From assembly GCA_963726195.1 (NCBI GenBank), contig CAVSBO010000004.1, positions 351,723 through 415,722 of the forward strand: a stretch of DNA of 64,000 nt. Reading direction: 5' to 3'. The notes beneath the pieces are model-generated. The model was not told the DNA's origin and made no database searches. It saw only the letters and a list, made by a program, of their open reading frames with translations. Below are positions 41,460-52,226 of the stretch, piece by piece. The position numbers and the translations under genes are program-made. Every line of letters begins with the position of its first letter. The stretch's first letter is position 1. The stretch comes from Candidatus Thorarchaeota archaeon (GTDB taxonomy: Archaea > Asgardarchaeota > Thorarchaeia > Thorarchaeales > Thorarchaeaceae).

Positions 41460-42311
41460 TTAAATCAACTCCCTGAAGTGTAGAGTATCCCAGTATGTGA
41501 AGATGGGTCCGTCAATGCAAGTGTAGAGGTGATCCAAGACGCAGTGTCCGCACTTGCCAATGCCGCAATGCATGCGTCTCTCTAGTGACATCTGAATCTG
41601 TGTCTTTGGGATCTTGAGGTTCAGGAACTTCTCGATACAGAACCGGTACATGACCGGTGGCCCGCATACAATCGCGTTAACATTCGATGGGTCGATTGGG
41701 GGAGCTTAGAGAAGAGAGTAGTTACAACTCCTACGCTCTCAGTCCACTTCCCTGTTGTATCCTTGTCGACCGTATATAGGCAAGTTATGTCGTCTCCGTT
41801 CCTTAAGCTGGAAGAACTCTGTCTTGAAAAGAATCTCATCTGGGTTTCTTGCGCCGTATAAGAAGAACACCCTACCAAACTGGTCTCTATTGTCCATTAC
41901 GTAGTACAGGATTGACCTCAAGGGCATTACTCCAAGCCCTCCAGCAACAATCAGGATATCCTTTCCAATCATGTCTTCGAGAGCGAAGCCTTGCCCATAT
42001 GGGCCTCGGATGAAAATCGTGTCGTTGTCCTTCTTCTGGAAGATTGCCTTTGTCGTCTTGCCAACTCTGCGTATTCCAAATTCAATGATGCCTGGACGGC
42101 TCGGGGTGGAGGACAGACAGAAAGGCGATTCACCTACTCCCGGCAAAGACACCATCATAAACTGGCCCGGCCTATATGTGAAGGACATGGCCCGGTCCAT
42201 GTTCATGTGCCTGACTTGGAGGAATCTGTGATTGTCAATTAGATCGTATTGACGTACGATTCTCGCAGGTTCTGGTTGGAACGGATTCTGATACTCTTGC
42301 ACTGTGCTCAT
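41460..42311 (-). CDS. hydG: Sulfhydrogenase gamma subunit (FAD/NAD(P)-binding, 2Fe-2S); two frameshifts (~41795, ~41700)
   Basis: PGQFMMV, IRGPYGQGF and AGGLG, then CGPPVM and MHCGIGKCGHC...CIDGP across frames. Confidence 0.9.
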
Positions 42312-43342
42312 AGCTTGGGCACCTCCCCGCTCGTAAGAGCCTCTGAAATCGTCACCACGTTGATGTCAACGGGACAGTATTCAACACACCTGCCGCAACC
42401 GACACAGCCCGGCTTTCCGAACTCTCCGCCGTAAGCCTTGAGTTTGTGGGTATACCAGAGTTTCAGCCGGTCTGCTCGCGCGCCTCGAAAGTTGTGACCC
42501 CCGGCCACGAGGCTATAATCAGCAAACATGCAGTTATCCCACATTCTTTCCCGTCTTCCTTTCGAGGCGTTCGTTACCTCAAAGTGATCAGTGACGTTGT
42601 AGCAGTTGCAGGTCGGGCAGACCATAGAGCACTGACCACAGGACAGGCATTTGTTGGCAAAATAGTCCCAGACTTCACTCGCATAGGTCATGTCCATGAT
42701 GTCTGGCATGTTCCCGAAGTTGAAGGATTTCTGGAAGGAGGCATTGCGCTTCTCGCGCCACTCAATGTATGCGCGCAAGTCTTCACGCGTGACCTTGTCG
42801 TCAAAGAACTCTTCTTTTTCGTGAATCATATCGTAACCTATACTGGAGCCAATCCACACCAGATAGAAGTCGCCGACGTCGACAAAGAACAGGTCAAAAC
42901 CTTCCTCAATCATGTCCGTGTTAGTACTCTTGCAGAGCGCGTTATTGCAGACAGCACAGGACCAGCCTATGATGACCGAGTTCTTTCTCTGTTCCATGTA
43001 GTAGGGATCTGGAGGAACACTTCCAAGAACTCTGTCCAAGGTTAGTAGACCGTGAATCTCGCAGGGATGCAAGCCGACGACAACCCTCCTCTCAATCATG
43101 GAGTAGTCCGGCATGAAGCCCTTCTCGTCGAACTTGAACATGTCAAACTTCATTGGATGAAACAGCTTCTTCGCGGGAATCATGGTCTTCTCACACAAGT
43201 TCGGGACCAACTCTGCTGCATTCTGGGCCTTGTCATACGTCAATATGCCGTTCCTAGTCACAGGACCATAGAGGGCTCCGAACTTCTCTGTACTCTCGAG
43301 GAACACCTCGAGGAACTTGGGTTCCATCTTTAGTATTCGCAC
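42308..43342 (-). CDS. hydB: Sulfhydrogenase beta subunit (4Fe-4S, AsrA-like)
   Basis: GLHPCE, CLSCGQCSMVCPTCNC and CVGCGRCVEYCP. Confidence 0.9.
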   Translation of the reverse strand: MRILKMEPKFLEVFLESTEKFGALYGPVTRNGILTYDKAQNAAELVPNLCEKTMIPAKKLFHPMKFDMFKFDEKGFMPDYSMIERRVVVGLHPCEIHGLLTLDRVLGSVPPDPYYMEQRKNSVIIGWSCAVCNNALCKSTNTDMIEEGFDLFFVDVGDFYLVWIGSSIGYDMIHEKEEFFDDKVTREDLRAYIEWREKRNASFQKSFNFGNMPDIMDMTYASEVWDYFANKCLSCGQCSMVCPTCNCYNVTDHFEVTNASKGRRERMWDNCMFADYSLVAGGHNFRGARADRLKLWYTHKLKAYGGEFGKPGCVGCGRCVEYCPVDINVVTISEALTSGEVPKL

Positions 43343-43575
43343 GTGAAGACACCCGACCGATACAGCCTGAGTTGGTTTGGCTCGAAACTTCCCGACTTAT
43401 ATAATCGATTCCGAGAACAATGAACATCAGGCTCGACCTATGTCGTCTCCTTGGAGACTTGTTAAACTGAACGGACGTGTGAGCGGCCTTCCATTGAATC
43501 TCGCAGTGCGGTGCGGGAGGCAGAATCCTATGATTGTTTATAAGCGCCGGACGGTGTTGCCGCAGACGAGCGGCT

Positions 43576-46090
43576 ATGACAAAAGCAGCATCACTAATGC
43601 TCATTACATTATTCCTCTCCTCCGCGTTGTTGGTCGTGCCGATTCCATTCTTGAACGGAATGATTGCAGCCTCCAACATCAGTGTCACGGGGAGTTCCGG
43701 AACCCGCACGTTCGAACCGTCTAACTCCACTCTCATGTATTCACACCCGGCACGTGTTGCAGTTTACAACGAGAACAAATACCACACTTCCACATTATGC
43801 AACCACAGGTATGCTCTCAAACAACGTGACCAGTGTTTACAATCTGCTTCACGGTGCAGGCTGTCAGGTCACTTGTCTGAATGTCGGCGACATATTGAAC
43901 CACAGGCTAAGAACGGCCGATTTCGACATCCTTGTCCTTATGGACAACCTGCCTCGTGAGAAGATTGTGAACCAGGTGAAGGACTTCTGGCTCGGTGGAG
44001 GTGGCATCCTAAGTCTGGACAGTGGCATCAGCTATGTCTGCTACGCAGGAATGATTCCGCCCGAATCTGCGGGTAGCGAGAACCACAACGTCTACTGGAG
44101 TTATGTCTACTCAACCAACCAAGTGATATACGCTCGCCACCCCGTCACCAAAGCTTACACTCTCAATCAAGTGATAGCTGACAACTACGACTGGGCCGCT
44201 TTCAACTGGACCGCTCTCTCAGCAACTTCGGTAGGAAGCCAGTGCGTTAGACTCACCGTAACTCAGGCCAATTCCACCTGGGCCAATGGTGTCGCTTTCG
44301 ATCCATCGTCTAAAGGCGGCCGCGTAGTCCAGCTGTTCGCAAGCCAAAACCCACTGCCTGACATCGAGAAGAACCTCATCAAGGATGCAGTCGGTTGGCT
44401 CTGTCCGCACCCAAAGGCTAGAATCGTCTACGATCTCACTCACTATCCAAACTTTGTGGTTGACTCATGGGATCCCCCTGTTTACAATGAATCGGGCGGA
44501 TATGCTATCTTACGAGACGCACTTGTCTCGCGTGGATACACTTTCGACAAGCTGTACCCGTCAACCAGTGGAAACCTCACTGATGCCAACCTCGCTCCTT
44601 ACGATGTCCTCATTGAATTGCTGCCGATGGCTGTCTTTAGTGCGTCTGAGAAGAATGTTGTAGCGAACTGGGTGAACTCAGGCAAGGGTCTCTTAGCCTC
44701 GGGTGACAACGTAGGCTATGCGCAGAGAGCGGATTCAAGACTGAATGATTTGCTCTCCTTTACACACATGAAAATGAACCTGACCCTTGACGGTCTCAAT
44801 TCGGTCGCCTACCACACGGTCCATCCGACCGTAGAGGGTTGCACCGGCTTGTCCTTCGCGGCTCCAGGCTTAATAAACTACAGTTCGCCAGCTCAGCCTA
44901 TTTGGGGCAATTCTGCAAGAAACATAGTCGCCGCTGGGGAGACCTGCGGGAAGGGTCGTGTGATTCTCCTCAGTGACATCAACTTCCTGGAGGATTCTTT
45001 CATTGGCTCTGCCGACAATAAGCAATACGGCATTAACCTCTTCAACTGGCTACCTTCAGGACAATCCAAGACACTGGTCTATGTCGACGACGTTTATGCT
45101 CCCAACCTTTACAGAACGCCCGTAGCCCAAGCAATGAATGACCTCGGCCTTTCCTGGTATCTGACTGGTGTCGTACCTGACTATAGTTACTTCAACATGT
45201 CATTGTGTCTGTACAACTGGTCCCTCGTAGTTGTTGACAACCCCACTTGGCCTTGGTCGAACGTATTGGCGACCCACGCAGAGATAATCAACTACATCAA
45301 CGCAGGAGGCCGGTTCATCATGTCCTATTACGACATGAATTCGTATCCTAGCAGCCCCCTGTGGCCCCGGCTGGGGTTTGGATACCAGGGGAACATGCCG
45401 AGTTCGCAGCCTGTCTACATATGGCAGCCCAGCAACCCTGTTTTCACCATACCGAACAGGTACGGTGCCAACCGATTCGTTTCTGGCGGCGGCTTCATGG
45501 ATGAGGGCGATGTGTTGAACGTCTACGCTAATGGTACGGCCTTGGCAGGCATGACCTTGACGGCCAACGCGACTCAAGCTGCTATCGTCGTTGGGAACAA
45601 CGGACGGACGTTGTACAACGGATATTTGATCGACGACTTCGGTTATGACACCGACAATTCATCGTATGTAGACAGCTTCGAACTTTGGGAGAACGAGATA
45701 GCATTCATGCTTCCTCATCCCACAATCGACAGCCCCACAGATATCGAGTACGTCGTCGGCACCACAGGCCATACTATTCTCTGGCACCCGTCGAGTGACA
45801 GACCGTTCAATTTCAGCCTGACAATCAACGGCAGCGATACAGGCCATGGGCCGTGGGCTGGAGCGTCTATCTCGCTCAACGTCGATGGTCTAGCGGTCGG
45901 CAATCACACTTGCATTGTGAAAGTCTGGGATCTCATCGGATACAGTTGCTCTGACACAGTGATTGTGAGAGTTCAAGCCGTCCCGGCAGGTCCCTTGAAT
46001 GTCACAACGCTGGCATTGATTGCATTGGCGGTCATCGCAATCTTGGTAATCCTGTACTTCTACATGAAGAGAAGTAAGAGTAAGAGCTAG
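43576..46090 (+). CDS. Large secreted/surface protein with repeated GATase-like/DUF4350-type domains, Ig-like domain and C-terminal anchor; frameshift at ~43774
   Basis: The signal peptide MTKAASLMLITLFL in the upstream frame joins the 808-aa ORF. Three repeats carry GGGIL/GKGLL/GGRFI cores. C-terminal TM plus KRSKSKS. Confidence 0.75.
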
Positions 46091-46098
46091 TTTGAAGC

Positions 46099-46140
46099 GG
46101 GACCCGTCGCAAAGGCGGGCCCCTATTCTCTTTCTTTTCG
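46099..46140 (+). terminator. GC-rich hairpin followed by a U-rich tract
   Basis: GGGACCCGTC-GCAAA-GGCGGGCCCC then TATTCTCTTTCTTTT, just after the stop at 46090. Confidence 0.55.
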
Positions 46141-46300
46141 CTGGAATCCAATTTCTGACTGTGTGCCAGCGGATTGTTGGCTGTCCCAAATGCGGACCAC
46201 AGATTCGCTATTCCTTCACGTATTGGATTCTGTTCTGAATGAATCCGACCGCATTGCTTAACAGAAGCAACTATAACACGGAGGACCTTAGGTTCACTTC

Positions 46301-47509
46301 ATGAGCGACTACGATGTCATCATAGTGGGGGCGGGCCCAGCCGGTTCAACGACTGCCAGAAGAGCCGCACAGGCCGGACTTAACGTGATGCTGGTTGACA
46401 AGGCCAAGTTCCCGAGAGACAAGCCCTGCGCAGGAGGCATACGCCATTTTGTCACAGAGCTGTTGGACTTCGACCCAAAAGAGACCCTGCACAGGCGCAT
46501 TAGTGGGCTTGCACTGTTTTCGCCGTCGGGATTTCGCGTTGACTGTGTCCCACAAGATCGTTCGAAACAGGGATACACCGTCATGCGCGAAGAGTTCGAC
46601 AATCTGCTTTTCCAGCAGGCGGTTCAAGCGGGTGCTGAGGCAAAAGAAGAAACAAGCATTGTCAAGGTTGAACAGAACAAAGAGCGAGTAGTCGTCACGA
46701 CATCAGAAAACGAGACAATGTCAGCAAAATTCATGGTGGGCGCGGACGGAATCAATAGCGTTGTCGCAAAGGAATTGGGCTTCTATCGGGGTTGGGAAGG
46801 AAAGACGGCTGGTGTTGCAATCGAGATGGAAGTCGAGGTTGGAGCCGACAAGGTCAGAGAGATTTGCGGCGAACCGAGCGGCTATGATGCCGATCTTCTT
46901 TTGTTGTGGTTCGGTGACCTGCCCAACGGATACATTTGGTGTTTCCCGAAGAAGTCCGTGCTAAGTCTCGGGGCGTGGTGTAGGCAGGACATTGCGCGCG
47001 ATGTTCGAGGCACATTCAACAAGTGGTTCGCCAAGTTCAAGGAGCAGTACTCTATTGACCCAGACATTGTTTCAGATTCTTCTGCGCGCTTTCCCATTGT
47101 TCCGGCCAAGGAAATTGTGAAGGGACGTGCGCTCCTTGTGGGTGATGCCGCGGGTTTGGTGGATGCATTTACGGGTGAAGGAATACCGTACGCGATACAT
47201 TCGGGCATAGTCGCTGCTTCCGTTCTGAAAGATGCGGTCAAGAATCCTCGATTGTTGCGCAACTATCGCGATCAGTGCAGAAAGAGCATTATCAACGACC
47301 TGATGGTTTCTTCATCGATGGCCAGTCTATTTTACAAGCGCACAAAGAACATGGAAACACTCTGCCGGTTCTTCAGGGACGACTCGTATGCCAACTTCCT
47401 GATCGCAGCTTTGATTGGTGGGTTGCTGGCACCAAAGACCGTCAAATCAAAACTGACACGAAGAATAATGCGAAAGAGACCAAGGGCAGCTCTTTCTCTT
47501 CTTGTCTAG
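46301..47509 (+). CDS. Geranylgeranyl reductase family flavoprotein
   Basis: GAGPAG, DKPCAGG, GADG, YIWCFPK and GDAAG...FTGEGI. Confidence 0.88.
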   Translation: MSDYDVIIVGAGPAGSTTARRAAQAGLNVMLVDKAKFPRDKPCAGGIRHFVTELLDFDPKETLHRRISGLALFSPSGFRVDCVPQDRSKQGYTVMREEFDNLLFQQAVQAGAEAKEETSIVKVEQNKERVVVTTSENETMSAKFMVGADGINSVVAKELGFYRGWEGKTAGVAIEMEVEVGADKVREICGEPSGYDADLLLLWFGDLPNGYIWCFPKKSVLSLGAWCRQDIARDVRGTFNKWFAKFKEQYSIDPDIVSDSSARFPIVPAKEIVKGRALLVGDAAGLVDAFTGEGIPYAIHSGIVAASVLKDAVKNPRLLRNYRDQCRKSIINDLMVSSSMASLFYKRTKNMETLCRFFRDDSYANFLIAALIGGLLAPKTVKSKLTRRIMRKRPRAALSLLV

Positions 47510-47604
47510 TCCGACAGCATGTGCACGAGACCGATCGGAAATGATGCAAAATAAGAACAAAGAAGGAAAGGGTGGACCAGACAGGTCCTGCCCTACAAGT
47601 TATA

Positions 47605-48486
47605 CTACCCTACCTTCTGCCCGCATTCAGGACAGAACTTGGCTCCCTTTAGTTCTGCTCCACAGTTAGGACAGAACTTGGTTCCCGCTGGTGCACCGCG
47701 TGCTGCTCCGCCACTCTGTGGTGATGCCATATTGCTGACTGCACCCATGAAGCCCATTCCTGCGCCGAAGCCGGCACCCGGACTCTTGCCGAGTGATTCA
47801 GCCGCGCTCTTCATGGTCTCCATTCCAGCGAGCTGGCCACCTTCAACCTTACCAGTCTTGAGCCAGAAGAGTCTGTCACGGAACTGGTCAGTGGTATCAA
47901 TTCCTTCGAACTTGAGGTCTACGAGTTCGAGCCCCAGCCGTTCGAAGTCCATCCGGACACCGGTCTTGACTTTCAAGGAAGTCTCGTCGAGCTGAGTGAA
48001 AACTGTCTGCAGGTCGTAATGGGCGAATTCGTCAATGATTTTCTCGTTCATGAATGAACGCAGGTAGTCATCAACCTTTGGAGTTGTGTAGGCGTTTTGG
48101 TTGCCCACGACCTCGTTTGTGAATATCTTCGGCTCTTTGATTCGGAACCAGAAGTTACCATGAAACATTAGCGGTGCAAGGTCTGAGGTCTGTCCTCTGC
48201 CGCCAAACTTGCCTTGGAACTGAGATCGCGACACGAAGACACAGGTCGCCTCGAAAACGTCGCCCTTGACCTTCTTCTGAAGATAGCCAAACAAACCTGG
48301 CATGGCGCTTGTTGTCAGCTTGAATCTCCCTGCGATGAAAGAGTCGAGTGCTTTTCCATCTCTATAGAAGATAGCAGCTTGATTCTCCATGACAACCAGC
48401 TGAGCGCCCCACTTTATTCGATTATCCGGGAAGCGCCAAACGATGTCGTCTGCGCTTGCATTGGTCCATTCGACTGCATCGGCCAT
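47605..48486 (-). CDS. SPFH (Band 7, YdjI-like) protein with C-terminal double zinc ribbon
   Basis: IVWRFP...QLVVMENQAAIFYRDGK, a Gly-rich linker and FCPNCG...FCPECG. Confidence 0.88.
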   Translation of the reverse strand: MADAVEWTNASADDIVWRFPDNRIKWGAQLVVMENQAAIFYRDGKALDSFIAGRFKLTTSAMPGLFGYLQKKVKGDVFEATCVFVSRSQFQGKFGGRGQTSDLAPLMFHGNFWFRIKEPKIFTNEVVGNQNAYTTPKVDDYLRSFMNEKIIDEFAHYDLQTVFTQLDETSLKVKTGVRMDFERLGLELVDLKFEGIDTTDQFRDRLFWLKTGKVEGGQLAGMETMKSAAESLGKSPGAGFGAGMGFMGAVSNMASPQSGGAARGAPAGTKFCPNCGAELKGAKFCPECGQKVG

Positions 48487-48714
48487 TTGTTGCACCCGTG
48501 TTTGGAATACTGCGGCCTATTGGGCTGTAATCTGTTTTAAAGATTGACATGCTCTGATTCGCAATCGCCCAGTTCAGCCCTCAGGTCGGTTGAGCACCAT
48601 TGGGTTCGTGTCCACTATATAAGGGGAAGCCCAACCGTCATCTATGAGGCCAGCTTCATCGGGGAACGAAGAGGAAACAGAGCAGATGGCACTCATCGTG
48701 CTGGAGGCGAGACA

Positions 48715-49113
48715 ATGCCGAAGTGGACCTACGGCCAGAGGCTGCTGATAGATGAGAATATCCTCTTCGTGGGCATTTTCCCCAGCATCATCGTCTTCAT
48801 CATGTTCGGCTATTCTGCTCTGATTATACTGATACAATGTGCTCTGGTCATGGTTTTCCGCGAGGCATATCTTGTTCCACGCGGTCTGAAGTACGCTTTC
48901 GCAAGAAAGACGGCCTTTCTCAGTGCTGCCATTTCTTCGGGGTTCTTTTTTGTGCTTGTTGTCAACGGCTTAGCGATCACTAGATATGGTCATCCTTTCA
49001 TATTGCCAGAAATCCCGGTTCTCACTCTCTTTACCTCGTCCTTCGTATTATTGGGCTTGTTTGTATGTAGATACATCCGACTCTTGTACTGTCCCTATGT
49101 GCCTCCCGACTAA
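48715..49113 (+). CDS. Small hypothetical membrane protein
   Basis: About 4 hydrophobic segments from MPKWTYG. Confidence 0.55.
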   Translation: MPKWTYGQRLLIDENILFVGIFPSIIVFIMFGYSALIILIQCALVMVFREAYLVPRGLKYAFARKTAFLSAAISSGFFFVLVVNGLAITRYGHPFILPEIPVLTLFTSSFVLLGLFVCRYIRLLYCPYVPPD

Positions 49114-49152
49114 TTGGACCATGATTCAACTGAACACGCTCAACACACGGAA

Positions 49153-49917
49153 TCATAGGTTGAAGGTCATCATGTCCTCGCCAAGAACAACCTCGGTCCC
49201 CTGACCTGCGCTGACAGTTGCAATCACTTTGTCGATATTGAAAACGACTTCAGGAAAGACATGAACCAGAATGAGTTTCTTGGGCTGGGCTTTCTTGACA
49301 ACATCCGCCAGCTGGCTCGGCGATGTATGAACCCCCTCTGTGTGCCGTCCGTCCAACCAGTTGCATTCATGAATGAGCACATCGGCCCCGGTCGCAAGCT
49401 CGATGACTTCCTTGCAGGGCGCCGTGTCACCTGAAATCACTAGGGAACGTCCTCCTTGTTCCACTCTAAAAGCCCTTGAATCCACAGTGCCGTGTAGAGT
49501 CTTGCGACACAACACCGTGAACAATCCCGTCTTGACGGTATCTCGTTCTCTGAGTTCCGTAACTTCAACATTGACCTTTCCTCTCAGGTAGGGAAAGACT
49601 ACTTCATTGAGAGTTCGGAACCATTCGCGAGCAGGAGGAGGGGCGTAGAGATGCAGGGTCTTGTCGTACGCCGATAGCCACAGTGTCTGATACAGAGTCA
49701 TGAAGTCCGACGAATGATCGATATGGAAATGGCTGATGAAAACGCTGTCGAGGGACTTCACATCGGTACCGGTCTCGACGAATCTGTGAAGCACGCCCGA
49801 TCCTATGTCGAACAAGAACGATTTGTCGCCCTGCTCAATGAGGATGCCTGACTGCACTCGCTTAGTGTCGGGCAGTGATGTGCCGGTACCCAATAAGGTG
49901 ATTTTCATTCCTATCAT
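49153..49917 (-). CDS. MBL-fold hydrolase, RNase Z/AtsA-like
   Basis: LLGTG, SHFHIDH, SGDT, LIHEC, HTS and LVH. Confidence 0.85.
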   Translation of the reverse strand: MIGMKITLLGTGTSLPDTKRVQSGILIEQGDKSFLFDIGSGVLHRFVETGTDVKSLDSVFISHFHIDHSSDFMTLYQTLWLSAYDKTLHLYAPPPAREWFRTLNEVVFPYLRGKVNVEVTELRERDTVKTGLFTVLCRKTLHGTVDSRAFRVEQGGRSLVISGDTAPCKEVIELATGADVLIHECNWLDGRHTEGVHTSPSQLADVVKKAQPKKLILVHVFPEVVFNIDKVIATVSAGQGTEVVLGEDMMTFNL

Positions 49918-50084
49918 GGTTGTTTCCGACGGGCCGGGTAATCAGTCTTCGTATACAAGTCTGAAGGGCACGCAGAAAGTGCACGGACCCTGACTTCCAC
50001 GATCACTGGGGCGGGCGGCGGCATTCTCCCCCGCTTCGCACCACTTGGCCTAGCTTGCGACAGTGATTCTTCAAAAAGAGAGCG

Positions 50085-50117
50085 GGATTGTCAGGGAAAG
50101 ATATCCCATGACAATCC
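50085..50117 (-). terminator. Stem-loop downstream of 50127-50687
   Basis: GGATTGTCA...TGACAATCC stem with an inner GGGA/TCCC, followed on the minus strand by CTCTCTTTTT. Confidence 0.55.
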
Positions 50118-50126
50118 AAAGGGCTT

Positions 50127-50687
50127 CTACTCCTGATAACCCTTCAAAAATCCATCACGCTGGTTCCACTTTTCCTCGAGGCGCTGCACAATCTGCCACA
50201 TTCTGTAGGTGTAGTCCCAAGCATCGTTGAACTTGCCTTGGTTCATCTTGTCGGTGAATTCCTCGACTACATCATTGATGGCACCGATGTCGTCAATTAT
50301 GACCGCATCGAACTGATACATTCTGTCGAGGGATTTGTTGCCGATTTTCTCTTTCGAGCCCCAAGACGAATAGCCATAGTCTGCATATCTTATGCCAGAC
50401 TCAATCTTGTCAGTCAGAGCGAGCATTCGGTCAAAGGTGTCATAGGTCTTCGTCAGATTGTAATCAACCATCATGCCCTGCAGCTTCTCGAGATCTTGTT
50501 TCACCATGCGGAGCTGGTCCGCAAGAAACTCACGAAGTACTTTGTCTGCGGCGCGGCGTTCTTCTTTCGATTGGTACCCGTGCCATCCGGGGATGTAATG
50601 GGTAATCATTCCGAAGAAGCCACCCTTGATGTCCTTGGCTGTTTTCTTTCTGATTCGTATAGCAATGGGTTCGGTTACTTTGCCCAA
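50127..50687 (-). CDS. Conserved alpha-helical hypothetical protein (IPGxxGY..KE.RR..D family)
   Basis: IPGWHGYQSKEERRAADKVLR and IRYADYGY motifs in a helical bundle. Confidence 0.75.
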   Translation of the reverse strand: MGKVTEPIAIRIRKKTAKDIKGGFFGMITHYIPGWHGYQSKEERRAADKVLREFLADQLRMVKQDLEKLQGMMVDYNLTKTYDTFDRMLALTDKIESGIRYADYGYSSWGSKEKIGNKSLDRMYQFDAVIIDDIGAINDVVEEFTDKMNQGKFNDAWDYTYRMWQIVQRLEEKWNQRDGFLKGYQE

Positions 50688-50896
50688 CTGTGGTTTCTCC
50701 TAGAGAATTGCTCAACCCCTCTGTTTGGCACAGGACAGGGGTTGACGTATGTACGAGGTAGCCACCTTTACTTAAAAAGAATCTCTCGTTCGTGTCCGCT
50801 TCATTTCTGTTACAGCATGGTGACGCCGCAAAGGTGGTGTCAAAGAATGAGGAAGAGGCATCGGGCGGATGCCTCTAGAGACGTGAAATCGATTCC

Positions 50897-52102
50897 CTAC
50901 CAGAGCTGGTACTCGCGTTTTATGAAGCCCTTCCAGACGTAAGGTAGCTTCGCAATAACCTCTTCGCAGATGCTTTCGACGGAGCTCTTGACTGAGTTGA
51001 GATTGACGTTACCAAACAGTTCAATGTTAACTGCCTGCGGTTCCGTTATCGGGGCACCTATCTGGCTCACAACATAGCAATAGACCTGCTTCAACTCGGG
51101 ATACTCTTTTGCTATCCGGTCTACGATTTCCTTCGCGGCGACGTTGTAGGTCTTGCCGACATGTGAAACAGGGTTCTTACCTGCTGCGGCTTCAAGTGTC
51201 ATCGGCCTGTACGGAGTAATCAGACCATTGGCCCTGTTACCACGACCGACCTGACCATCATCACCGTGTTCGGCTGACGTGCCAGTCACGGTGAGATAGA
51301 ATAGACCCTTCTCCGGGTCATCCGCAGTGTTCACAGCAACGGTCACAGGCATCTCAGTAACCTTGGCCGCGTGGTCAATCAACAGGTCCTTCACCGTCTG
51401 CATAACGTTTGCATATTCATCGGCATCCCTTGTTTCCGTTGAAATCACGGCTACGGCCACCTGAAGGTGTATCTTCTTGCCCACTCGCGTACCCATGACT
51501 TTGATATCCTCACCAATCTGAGGCCACTTCTTCTTGACCGCGGGAGAATTCAGAAGCTGTTCAGATTCCAGAACGAGCTTTTCTGTCGCTGTCATAGGAG
51601 CATAGGCAACACCGAAGCTCGTGTCGTTCGACCTCGGGATTTCCACTCCTGCATCGAAGTTGCCAACCAGATCTGTGCTGCCAGCTCGTATCTTGTAGTC
51701 GATAATGAGATCCGAATTAACATCAAGATGAGGCAAGTCTTTGCTCATCCATTCACGTGTGTGTTCGACTGCGAATTTTCCCACCGGGACTTGGCGTGTG
51801 AAATCCTTACCAACGACATCCACGGCGCGGCCACTCATCAGAATGTATATCGGCTCGATTACGTCTCCTCCTCCAAAGTGAACGTTTGATAGGCCTCCTG
51901 CAAGGAGAACCTTGTCGACGTTGTGATGCTGGACTCTGCCAAATTCCTTGATGTAGTACTCGCTAAGGCGTATCGAAAGTTCTTCAGCAGCCTTGTCGCA
52001 GAGAGTGTCGGGATGGCCTTTGCCTTTCCTTTCGACTATCTCCACCTTTCGATCTGCTACGCAGATGCCTTCTCCTTTCGTGACTTCTAGATTCAGGCCC
52101 AT
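50897..52102 (-). CDS. mat: S-adenosylmethionine synthetase (archaeal type)
   Basis: [35 protein letters not shown] and [14 protein letters not shown]. Confidence 0.96.
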   Translation of the reverse strand: MGLNLEVTKGEGICVADRKVEIVERKGKGHPDTLCDKAAEELSIRLSEYYIKEFGRVQHHNVDKVLLAGGLSNVHFGGGDVIEPIYILMSGRAVDVVGKDFTRQVPVGKFAVEHTREWMSKDLPHLDVNSDLIIDYKIRAGSTDLVGNFDAGVEIPRSNDTSFGVAYAPMTATEKLVLESEQLLNSPAVKKKWPQIGEDIKVMGTRVGKKIHLQVAVAVISTETRDADEYANVMQTVKDLLIDHAAKVTEMPVTVAVNTADDPEKGLFYLTVTGTSAEHGDDGQVGRGNRANGLITPYRPMTLEAAAGKNPVSHVGKTYNVAAKEIVDRIAKEYPELKQVYCYVVSQIGAPITEPQAVNIELFGNVNLNSVKSSVESICEEVIAKLPYVWKGFIKREYQLW

Positions 52103-52226
52103 AAGGCTCAACTCACTTTCTTTTCGTCGTGCCCAGAGAGAGTTTCTTAAATAGCTTTGGATAGAGATTACTGCCAGTAATCGTTTTCTTTGAGAAGATG
52201 ACTGGTGAGAATCGGAGAAGAGCACC

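Noticed and set aside
49990-50045. GC-rich stretch ending ...TTCGCACCA resembling a tRNA 3' end
   Set aside because: No complementary acceptor-stem 5' strand or TTCGA T-loop at the correct spacing.
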